32,000 bases of DNA from an uncultured archaeon (GTDB lineage: Archaea; Nanobdellota; Nanobdellia; Pacearchaeales; GW2011-AR1), in contig CAIKMX010000050.1 of the NCBI GenBank assembly GCA_903828655.1, positions 1-32,000 on the forward strand, written 5' to 3'. The position numbers and the translations under genes were made by a program. The notes under the pieces are model-generated. The model was not told where the DNA came from, did not search any database, and saw nothing but the letters and a program-made list of their open reading frames with translations. Shown here in pieces: positions 1 to 6,289 of this stretch (position 1 is its first letter; each line of letters begins with the position of its first letter).

Positions 1-35
1 GCTTCATAAACCTCAACCACCTTTTTGTATTCCAT
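1..35 (-). CDS. 5' end of an unidentified gene running off the left edge (MEYKKVVEVYEA...)
   Basis: ATG (cat at 33-35) open to the window edge. TATA-like TTTTTATA at 57-64, about 26 nt upstream. Confidence 0.3.
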   Translation of the reverse strand, partial: MEYKKVVEVYE

Positions 36-137
36 AAAAACAAAAAGAAACCGGACTTTTTATATTTAACACTGGACTAAAAATTTAAAGTTAACTTACT
101 CCGCAAACCTTTTAAAACCTAGAATCTATACAATATC

Positions 138-365
138 ATGGAAAGTAGAGGTTATTTAAGTTATGCGAGAAATCTTATTATTATCTCGGCAGTCCTTAGC
201 ATACTAACTATGCTCTTCTACGGTTTAATTTCTGGATCAAGTCAAAGTTCTTTTATTGCACTTCTCTCACAATTATATCCCTATGTCGCGGGTGTTGGTG
301 GGCTTGCACTTAGTCTTTCGCTTTTATTTCTTATATTATACTTCTTGAGTAAAGAATCGGTTTAG
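138..365 (+). CDS. small hydrophobic membrane protein, 75 aa, two predicted TM segments
   Basis: Track ORF with ATG start. TTTTAAAA at 110-117, about 25 nt upstream. Strongly hydrophobic sequence. Confidence 0.45.
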   Translation: MESRGYLSYARNLIIISAVLSILTMLFYGLISGSSQSSFIALLSQLYPYVAGVGGLALSLSLLFLILYFLSKESV

Positions 366-387
366 AACTAAATAAGGAAAAGTAAAA

Positions 388-717
388 ATGGAAATAGAAA
401 CAACTGACGCAACCTTTGAAAAAGACGTAATCCAACAGAGCAAGAAGCTTCCTGTGATTGTCGACTTTTGGGCATCCTGGTGCCCTCCCTGCCAGCTTCT
501 TAAGCCTCAAATGGAAAAGATCGCAACATCTCCCAAGTTTGATAAAAAGATAGTTCTGGCAAAGCTTAACGTTGAGCAAAATAAGGCTGTTGCATCCAAA
601 TATGATATAATGTCAATTCCAGCCGTTAAGATGTTTAAGAACGGAAAAGTAGTAGATCAATTCGTTGGCTTCCAGCCAGAATCAGATGTTATTGATTGGA
701 TTGAAAAGAATATCTAA
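388..717 (+). CDS. trxA: thioredoxin
   Basis: Length 109 aa. Active-site motif W-C-P-P-C in the context VIVDFWASWCPPC. Typical thioredoxin-fold downstream motifs (SIPAVKMFKNGK). Confidence 0.9.
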   Translation: MEIETTDATFEKDVIQQSKKLPVIVDFWASWCPPCQLLKPQMEKIATSPKFDKKIVLAKLNVEQNKAVASKYDIMSIPAVKMFKNGKVVDQFVGFQPESDVIDWIEKNI

Positions 718-811
718 GTTAAACTTAAGTTGCCATTTCTGTTATTATATAATCTGCCAAGTCTTTAAAATAATCTTACCAAACCTTCTCAGTGCAGTTA
801 CCAAAGAATCT

Positions 812-991
812 TCACTTTCCTTTTCTATTTCTCTTAAGCAAAGCAGCTCTTTGTAGTCTTTCTTGCTGTGCCAGGAGGGCATAGTAATTCCCACCATATG
901 CTGCAGATTGTCTGGTTCCATGGTACCTTGAATAATGCTCCGCTACAGAACCTTGAGAATTTCTTGAGCTGCCTACAGGTTTAAGTGACAT
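812..991 (-). CDS. hypothetical 59-aa basic protein (MSLKPVGSSRNSQGSVAEHYSRYHGTRQSAAYGGNYYALLAQQERLQRAALLKRNRKGK)
   Basis: Hand-translated ORF just under the 60-aa track threshold. ATG at 991-989. TTTTAAA about 28 nt upstream on the minus strand. It fills an otherwise empty 338-nt gap. Confidence 0.3.
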   Translation of the reverse strand: MSLKPVGSSRNSQGSVAEHYSRYHGTRQSAAYGGNYYALLAQQERLQRAALLKRNRKGK

Positions 992-1055
992 GAGTTATTG
1001 TAAAAAAGTCAGTTTAAAATGATTGTTATACTAGAGAATATACTAAAAAACAGAA

Positions 1056-1625
1056 TCAGTTTCCTCTTCTTCTGTTTGCTCTCAAAGAAGGTCTTACTTT
1101 TGGAGATTTATCGGAGCTATTTCTTAATCCTCTAGCTCTTATTCCAGCACCGCTAAGTCCTCTAAATGCTCTTCCTCTATTGCCGGGCTTAGTAATGAAA
1201 CTTAATTCTTTATCGTGCTTTATCTCTCCAGCAGTTCTATCAACTAGGATAACTTCATAGAAATAAAACATTCCATCCTTTCCAACTAAATAAGAATTCA
1301 ATACTTCCATATTTCGATATTTTCTAGAAACTCTTTGTTCTGCGATTTCTCTGTAATTCATACTTAAATTTTTTCTAATATGCATTCTTGCTGTTCTTCT
1401 TCCTTTCTTGGGTCTCATTCTCTTATGACCGCCTCGCTTAACTCTCGCACGAACAACAATAACTCCTTTCTTTGCTTTATATCCTAAAGTTCTAGCTCTG
1501 TCTAGTCTAAGAGGATTTTCAACCTTAACAATAGCATCAGATGCTCTCCATGCTGTCATTCTTTCTCTCAAGACTTTCATGTCTGGCTTTTTCCAAGCCT
1601 CTCTCAAATATTTTGCTATTCCCAT
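1056..1625 (-). CDS. rpl15e: 50S ribosomal protein L15e
   Basis: The N-terminus MGIAKYLREAWKKP and the basic core (VRARVKRGGHKRMRPKKGRR) are characteristic of L15e. TATA TTTTTAAAG about 28 nt upstream. Confidence 0.95.
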   Translation of the reverse strand: MGIAKYLREAWKKPDMKVLRERMTAWRASDAIVKVENPLRLDRARTLGYKAKKGVIVVRARVKRGGHKRMRPKKGRRTARMHIRKNLSMNYREIAEQRVSRKYRNMEVLNSYLVGKDGMFYFYEVILVDRTAGEIKHDKELSFITKPGNRGRAFRGLSGAGIRARGLRNSSDKSPKVRPSLRANRRRGN

Positions 1626-1701
1626 TGTTTATTTGATACAAAAATCGCTTTAAAAAGCTTTAGTTGTGTGTGTTAGTTACGCTGTTATGTTATTTTACTA
1701 C

Positions 1702-1754
1702 TTAAGTTTCTTTCTTGAAACACCAATTCTTTCTTTTCTAAAGAAAGAAGAGTG
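1702..1754 (-). repeat. diverged copy of the 52-nt palindromic element (copy 4)
   Basis: Reverse complement reads CACTC TTCTTTCTTT AGA AAAGAAAGAA TTGGTGTTTC AAGAAAGAAA CTTAA. It starts 2 nt after the tRNA-Ile discriminator base. Confidence 0.8.
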
Positions 1755-1756
1755 AG

Positions 1757-1830
1757 TGAGCCCGCCAGGATTTGAACCTGGGACCCCAGCCGTATCAGAG
1801 CTGTGCACTACCTGGCTGTGCTACGGGCTC
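1757..1830 (-). tRNA. tRNA-Ile (anticodon GAU), 74 nt, no encoded CCA
   Basis: Hand-folded cloverleaf. Acceptor GAGCCCG/CGGGCTC, D stem GCAC/GTGC, anticodon stem CAGCT/GGCTG, loop CTGATAC, T arm CCAGG-TTCAAAT-CCTGG. Confidence 0.9.
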
Positions 1831-1854
1831 GCTGAATTACCTAGAAAAAATCAA

Positions 1855-1862
1855 TTTATAAA
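1855..1862 (-). promoter_or_regulatory. TATA box (TTTATAAA) for tRNA-Ile
   Basis: Centre lies 28.5 nt upstream of the mature tRNA 5' end. Confidence 0.5.
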
Positions 1863-1965
1863 ACTTCTTGCGAAGCAAGAAGACACTCTTAACAGGAAGG
1901 TTGAACTTCAAGGGAACCTTGGTTCTCTTAAGATTTATAAAACTAACTTATTCTCACTATTTTGA

Positions 1966-2619
1966 TTATCCCTTCAATTCAACAAACAACGTGTCATCTC
2001 TTAGATAGTAACCCAAAAGCTCAACTTTCAAAGGAATAACCTTAACGTAACAACTTTCTTTAGAATATGCCTTTACTTCCAAACCCTCTTCAAGCTTTGC
2101 AATAACAACATCCTTTCCAGATTTTACTCCAGGAACATAAAGCTCATAGATTATTTCATCGCCTATCCTTCTAATTTTTGACTCTGCATCAACTCTCGGA
2201 AGTTTCATTCTTCTCTCAAATTCTTCTCTTGAAATTTGTATTTTTGCAGGAGCTTTCATATTGTTATTTGAGGAGCCTTCGAACTGTGCAGGTTGAATCT
2301 GTTTAACTTGAGGTGCTCCAGTAGAAATTTGTATTTTAAATCCTCTGGGTGCAGCATTTCTTTCACTAGGCATTTCAGAATCCATCTCGGACATTTGTTC
2401 TTCAATTTGCTTAATCAAACTTTGAGCAATTTTATCTAATCCAAATGGCAAACCTGTAAAAGGAGTTTTTTGAGGAACAGAATTTGATAAATCATCTCTT
2501 CCCAACATCCCAAAATTATCTTCCTCTTTTCTTGCTTTGAAAGAAACTCCGCAGTAAGGGCAATAATTAAATTTTCTTTCAATTTTATTTCCACACGAAA
2601 AACATTTCTTTTTTAACAT
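1966..2619 (-). CDS. zinc-ribbon protein with C-terminal Hsp20/alpha-crystallin-like domain
   Basis: N-terminal CxxC-x11-CxxC (CFSCGNKIERKFNYCPYCG). The C-terminal 80 aa (ELYVPGVKSGKDVVIAKLEEGLEVKAY...LFVELKG) resemble a small-HSP beta sandwich. TTTAAAAG 29 nt upstream of the ATG. Confidence 0.5.
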   Translation of the reverse strand: MLKKKCFSCGNKIERKFNYCPYCGVSFKARKEEDNFGMLGRDDLSNSVPQKTPFTGLPFGLDKIAQSLIKQIEEQMSEMDSEMPSERNAAPRGFKIQISTGAPQVKQIQPAQFEGSSNNNMKAPAKIQISREEFERRMKLPRVDAESKIRRIGDEIIYELYVPGVKSGKDVVIAKLEEGLEVKAYSKESCYVKVIPLKVELLGYYLRDDTLFVELKG

Positions 2620-2840
2620 CCCCTGGAAAATAAATCAAATCTTTTAAATCTTTGTAATCGATGTTACCAAACTTAATAGGAAAGGTGAACTTGGTCATAC
2701 TGAAGCAAGAGCTTCTTGCTTTCACAAAAACCTTGGTTTGCATAAGTAGGTAATGTAACAAGGCGTTCACACACTTGGCAACTCAAATGGTTTTACATAA
2801 AAAAAGCATTTTACATACAAACACGCATAGTCCTACAAAA

Positions 2841-2868
2841 GATGTCAACGGATTGTGATGATACTAAA
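2841..2868 (+). repeat. 28-nt intergenic module GATGTCAACGGATTGTGATGATACTAAA
   Basis: Differs at 1 of 28 positions from 21554-21581. Confidence 0.7.
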
Positions 2869-2888
2869 TATCTATCCTAACGGAGGGG

Positions 2889-4325
2889 TTACAAGAAATG
2901 TTTCAGTTCCCCGAACTTATTCTTCATCAAATGAATCTCTCTAACGAGGCCCCTTGTAGGATGGAATTCTTTTATAAGGTATTGTGATGAGAAATGACTC
3001 ACGTGTCGCACTTCCTTCAAAACTCCAGAAAATAAATAATAAACAACAAATCTTGCAACGCTAGAAACAACAAAGATGAATAAAATAACGTTCATGAAAC
3101 TAAAATTAAAAAGCGTAAGCAAACTTCCTATACCTGCTCCGATAAATAACCCAATGCCATTTATCAAATTGAAATAGGTCAGTCCATATCCTCTCTTTTC
3201 ATTGCTCACTGCGTCGTAAATATAATTATTTGTAGCAATACCATATCCTGCCCAACCAAATGCGCTTACACTTTGGGCTACAAATATCAAATAAAGAGGA
3301 TTACTAGATAAAACCCACAAAAATGGAACAATCGCTATAAGGGGCATAGATATCCTCAATAAACATATATTTCCAAATTTATCCGAAAGCTTGCCCATTA
3401 ATGGATAGAGAATCAATTGAAATGCAGTTTCAGAAACAACAATTATCATAAACCAGACATATGACAAACCTAAATTACGAAGCATGTATACCGTAAAGAA
3501 CGGTCCTGCGATGTTAGTTGCAATCCTCAATAAACCAGTACAAATAGTAAATCTCCCGAAGGGGGTATTTCTTCCCTCTTTTAAAAATTGCCACAAAGAA
3601 AAATAATCCCTTTTCTTGATATTCAAAACAGGCTCATACTGATGACTAAAAAAATAAACTGCCATCATCCTGAATATAAAAGCAAGACTGAATAATAATC
3701 CAAAACCAAAAAGTATCGTGCCAGATCTTTTAAAGTTATCAAGAAGAAGTGCAGCAACGACCATAAAAACTAATCCGAAAAATCCAGTTATCCTGTTTCT
3801 TTTAGAAAAATACTTTCCTCTCGCATGTTCCGGAACAAGAGAGCCCATCCAGGAGAACCATGCAACTCCCGCTATTGCAGAAACAGCATACATCAGACCA
3901 ACAATACATATCATCATCCAAACCACTTCAGTTGATCCTTTGACAAAAAAGAATCCTAACAATGCAAGAGGGATAAATAAAAGCGCCTGGATTAAGACAG
4001 TAATAATAACCAGTTTCTTCCTTGAAAAATGCTCAAGAAGTCTTGCAGCCTTAAGTTGAACTAAACTTGGAAGCAAATTGGCAATACCATCCAGAATTCC
4101 TATTTGCCCAGAAGTTGCATTCAAAGCAAGAGCAAATGGAGATAAATACGAAGTTCCGAATCCATACATCCCCATAGAACAACTTCCCTCACGAATGCTT
4201 GTCTTAAGACTCGTCTTTATTTTTCTCTGAATAATCGGGTGATTTTCATTTATCCCAAAGTCAAAATCATCATCATCATCGTCATCTACATTATTTTTAT
4301 CATTCACACTACTTTTTAAGACCAA
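2889..4325 (-). CDS. MFS-type transporter
   Basis: Length 478 aa with about 12 hydrophobic segments. MFS motif-A-like GKLSDKFGNICLLR. Acidic poly-Asp N-terminus. Confidence 0.8.
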   Translation of the reverse strand: MVLKSSVNDKNNVDDDDDDDFDFGINENHPIIQRKIKTSLKTSIREGSCSMGMYGFGTSYLSPFALALNATSGQIGILDGIANLLPSLVQLKAARLLEHFSRKKLVIITVLIQALLFIPLALLGFFFVKGSTEVVWMMICIVGLMYAVSAIAGVAWFSWMGSLVPEHARGKYFSKRNRITGFFGLVFMVVAALLLDNFKRSGTILFGFGLLFSLAFIFRMMAVYFFSHQYEPVLNIKKRDYFSLWQFLKEGRNTPFGRFTICTGLLRIATNIAGPFFTVYMLRNLGLSYVWFMIIVVSETAFQLILYPLMGKLSDKFGNICLLRISMPLIAIVPFLWVLSSNPLYLIFVAQSVSAFGWAGYGIATNNYIYDAVSNEKRGYGLTYFNLINGIGLFIGAGIGSLLTLFNFSFMNVILFIFVVSSVARFVVYYLFSGVLKEVRHVSHFSSQYLIKEFHPTRGLVREIHLMKNKFGELKHFL

Positions 4326-4363
4326 TTTTCACCTCTCTTAGTTCACTAATAAATAGAATAAAG

Positions 4364-4371
4364 TATATAAA
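4364..4371 (+). promoter_or_regulatory. TATA box (TATATAAA) for tRNA-Gly
   Basis: Centre lies 28.5 nt upstream of the mature tRNA 5' end. Confidence 0.5.
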
Positions 4372-4395
4372 AACATAGCGTTTGCTATTTCACAA

Positions 4396-4466
4396 GCGCT
4401 ATTAGTCTAGTGGCATGACGAAACCTTCCCAAGGTTTAGACCCGGGTTCAATTCCCGGATGGCGCA
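4396..4466 (+). tRNA. tRNA-Gly (anticodon CCC), 71 nt, no encoded CCA
   Basis: Hand-folded. Acceptor GCGCTAT/ATGGCGC, anticodon stem AAACC/GGTTT, loop TTCCCAA, T arm CCGGG-TTCAATT-CCCGG. Confidence 0.9.
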
Positions 4467-4468
4467 TA

Positions 4469-4520
4469 CACTCTTTTCTTTTTAGAAAAAAGAAAATTGG
4501 TGTTTCAAAAGAAAAACTAA
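4469..4520 (+). repeat. 52-nt palindromic element (copy 1)
   Basis: CACTC TTTTCTTTTT AGA AAAAAGAAAA TTGGTGTTTC AAAAGAAAAA CTAA. Starts 2 nt after the tRNA-Gly discriminator base. Confidence 0.85.
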
Positions 4521-4577
4521 TATAGTTAATAAGAATAAAGATAAACAAAAAAATAAGAAAAAAATAAGAAAGAATTA

Positions 4578-5081
4578 TTATTCTGTTTTTCCAATAAGAA
4601 CGCTTCTTTCACTTTCGCCTCTTCGTCTTGTCAGATTTCTGCTTACAGCCATTAATTCTGGATATAGGTTTCTTGCAGTTATTTCTGTGAATCCCAAACC
4701 AGTCATTACTTGCATATAGTCATCTGCAGTTAATCTGCTTCCAGCGTTAACTCCAAAGTAAAGATGTGTCTCTTTTGCAGCTCTTGTTTCTTCAATATAT
4801 CCTGCAAGGATCTTTCCGTGTCTTGGATATTCTGCTGCAAATCTGTCAACAGCTTCTCTCATCGTTCTTGCTTTCATAGTTGTGTCATCTGATTCAACTC
4901 TTGCATGAACTCTAGCTCCATCAAAACTCTCGCCATCTTTCAGGTCAAGTGCCTTGGCCAATGTTGGTCTTGATTTCTCAAGCTTTCCCTTCATGCTAGA
5001 TACAGGAACATAGATTCTGTCAGTAGCTATAAGTTCTATTACTTGTGCTTCATAATCTTTTGCCATTTTGTTTTCCTCCAT
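4578..5081 (-). CDS. hypothetical protein, 167 aa, family not recognised
   Basis: Long ORF with ATG start. TATA-like TGTATAATTAAC about 25 nt upstream. Transcribed divergently from the TrmB-family gene. Confidence 0.6.
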   Translation of the reverse strand: MEENKMAKDYEAQVIELIATDRIYVPVSSMKGKLEKSRPTLAKALDLKDGESFDGARVHARVESDDTTMKARTMREAVDRFAAEYPRHGKILAGYIEETRAAKETHLYFGVNAGSRLTADDYMQVMTGLGFTEITARNLYPELMAVSRNLTRRRGESERSVLIGKTE

Positions 5082-5135
5082 GTTGTTTCACATTTAGTTA
5101 ATTATACACAAGCAAGAACCAATTTAGTTTTATGA

Positions 5136-5151
5136 GGTGATAACTATCACC
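5136..5151. promoter_or_regulatory. perfect 16-bp palindrome GGTGATA-AC-TATCACC (candidate operator)
   Basis: Lies in the shared divergent promoter region, 15 nt upstream of the TTTATATA box (5166-5173) of the TrmB-family gene. Confidence 0.5.
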
Positions 5152-5194
5152 ACATATTGGGAAGATTTATATAGGGAAAAGGTATCAAATTATC

Positions 5195-5902
5195 ATGAAC
5201 CCCGAATCCCTCAAACAAGCAGGCCTAACAGACAATGAATCAAAGGTATATTTAGCACTTTTAGATTGGGGGCCAAGCCTCGCAGGCCAGATATCAAGGA
5301 AAACAGGCTTACACAGAAGAACCGTCTATGATACAACAGACATGCTAATTAAGAAAGGTTTGATAGGTTATATTCTGAAAAATAACCGAAGATTATTTCA
5401 AGCAAGCAACCCTCAAAGATTTCTTGATATATTAAAAGAAAAACAAGACTTGTTAAGTCCTTTAGTAAGTGAGATGGCTGAAAGATTTAACAATACAAAA
5501 GAAAAGGAAGAAACAAACTTCTACAAGGGCAAAGAAGGATTAAAAGCAGTATTCGAAGATCAACTTCAAAGCAAGGGTGAAATCTTAATATTGGGGGCAA
5601 GCCCAAAAGCATACGAAGTTCTAAAGTTCTATTTCAAATGGTACGACAAAACAAGAAAAGAGAAAAAGATCAAATCAAGAATCATTGCCACCGACAAAAA
5701 AATTGCAAGAATAGCTCTTGCAGACATAAGATACCTTCCAGAAAAATATTCAAACCCTGTTTCAGTAAACGTTTATGGAGAAAAGGTAGCAATTATCTTG
5801 TGGCATCAAACAAATCCCTTTGCAGTTGTAATAAAAAACAAAGAAATAGCTAAAAGCTATAGAGACTATTTTGAGCTAATGTGGAGAGTAGCTAAGAAGT
5901 AA
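5195..5902 (+). CDS. TrmB-family transcriptional regulator
   Basis: N-terminal wHTH signature LTDNESKVYLALLDWGPSLAGQISRKTGLHRRTVYDTTDMLIKKGLI is typical of TrmB. Length 235 aa. ATG lies 29 nt after the TATA box. Confidence 0.8.
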   Translation: MNPESLKQAGLTDNESKVYLALLDWGPSLAGQISRKTGLHRRTVYDTTDMLIKKGLIGYILKNNRRLFQASNPQRFLDILKEKQDLLSPLVSEMAERFNNTKEKEETNFYKGKEGLKAVFEDQLQSKGEILILGASPKAYEVLKFYFKWYDKTRKEKKIKSRIIATDKKIARIALADIRYLPEKYSNPVSVNVYGEKVAIILWHQTNPFAVVIKNKEIAKSYRDYFELMWRVAKK

Positions 5903-5982
5903 TGGCTAATAAAACAATAGTTTTTTAAGATAGTAATTTATCCTTTATTCTAGTAAGAAAAAAAGAGTTCTGATGAATTAAG

Positions 5983-6249
5983 ATGAAAAAACCAAGACCA
6001 ACCCCCAACACCATTGGAACAATGGAAACACTAACAAAATTGAAGGGGATGTTAGAAAAGGCAGTTTCAAATATCAGAACAAATGTACAAACTGCAGATA
6101 ATCAATCAAGTATTAATCGTTCCTTTCTAGATTATAAAAGAGTTGTTAGAATTGCATCAAGATACCTTGATATAGGGCAATATCAAGCAGAGGTTAGAGG
6201 CTTGGCAAAAACATATTATGGTAGAACCTTAATTCTTCATGAGGTATAA
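5983..6249 (+). CDS. hypothetical protein, 88 aa
   Basis: Track ORF only. No strong TATA at the expected distance. Confidence 0.35.
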   Translation: MKKPRPTPNTIGTMETLTKLKGMLEKAVSNIRTNVQTADNQSSINRSFLDYKRVVRIASRYLDIGQYQAEVRGLAKTYYGRTLILHEV

Positions 6250-6289
6250 TTTCAGTTATCTTTTTATATCCAAATAATCTCTTTCTAAC

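Noticed and set aside
665-856. 63-aa plus-strand ORF overlapping the end of trxA
   Set aside because: It overlaps trxA in another frame, has no TATA box, and competes with a better-supported minus-strand small ORF (812-991).
1756-1965. 69-aa plus-strand ORF
   Set aside because: It starts at GTG and its first third is the antisense of tRNA-Ile. The remainder covers the tRNA promoter. It has no promoter of its own.
2585-2770. 61-aa minus-strand ORF upstream of the zinc-ribbon/Hsp20-like gene
   Set aside because: It overlaps that gene's start and contains its TATA box (TTTAAAAG, 29 nt before the ATG at 2619). It is more likely promoter and spacer sequence.
2855-2861. C-box-like GTGATGA (also at 10824-10830), suggesting C/D box sRNAs
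   Set aside because: No CTGA D box lies at the expected 50-70 nt distance, and there is no terminal stem or C'/D' pair.
3718-4059. Antisense or alternative-frame ORFs inside long genes (also 331-579, 5638-5853, 6509-6791, 6939-7136, 7159-7673, 8688-8888, 9113-9414, 9813-10124, 10379-10576, 11354-11563, 13010-13285, 13289-13726, 13775-14079, 16760-16942, 17979-18185, 20434-20652, 23568-23762, 24370-24706, 25293-25505, 25964-26218, 26777-27612, 28012-28978)
   Set aside because: Each is nested within a longer ORF that has clear family motifs or better start context. These are the shadow ORFs expected in AT-rich sequence.
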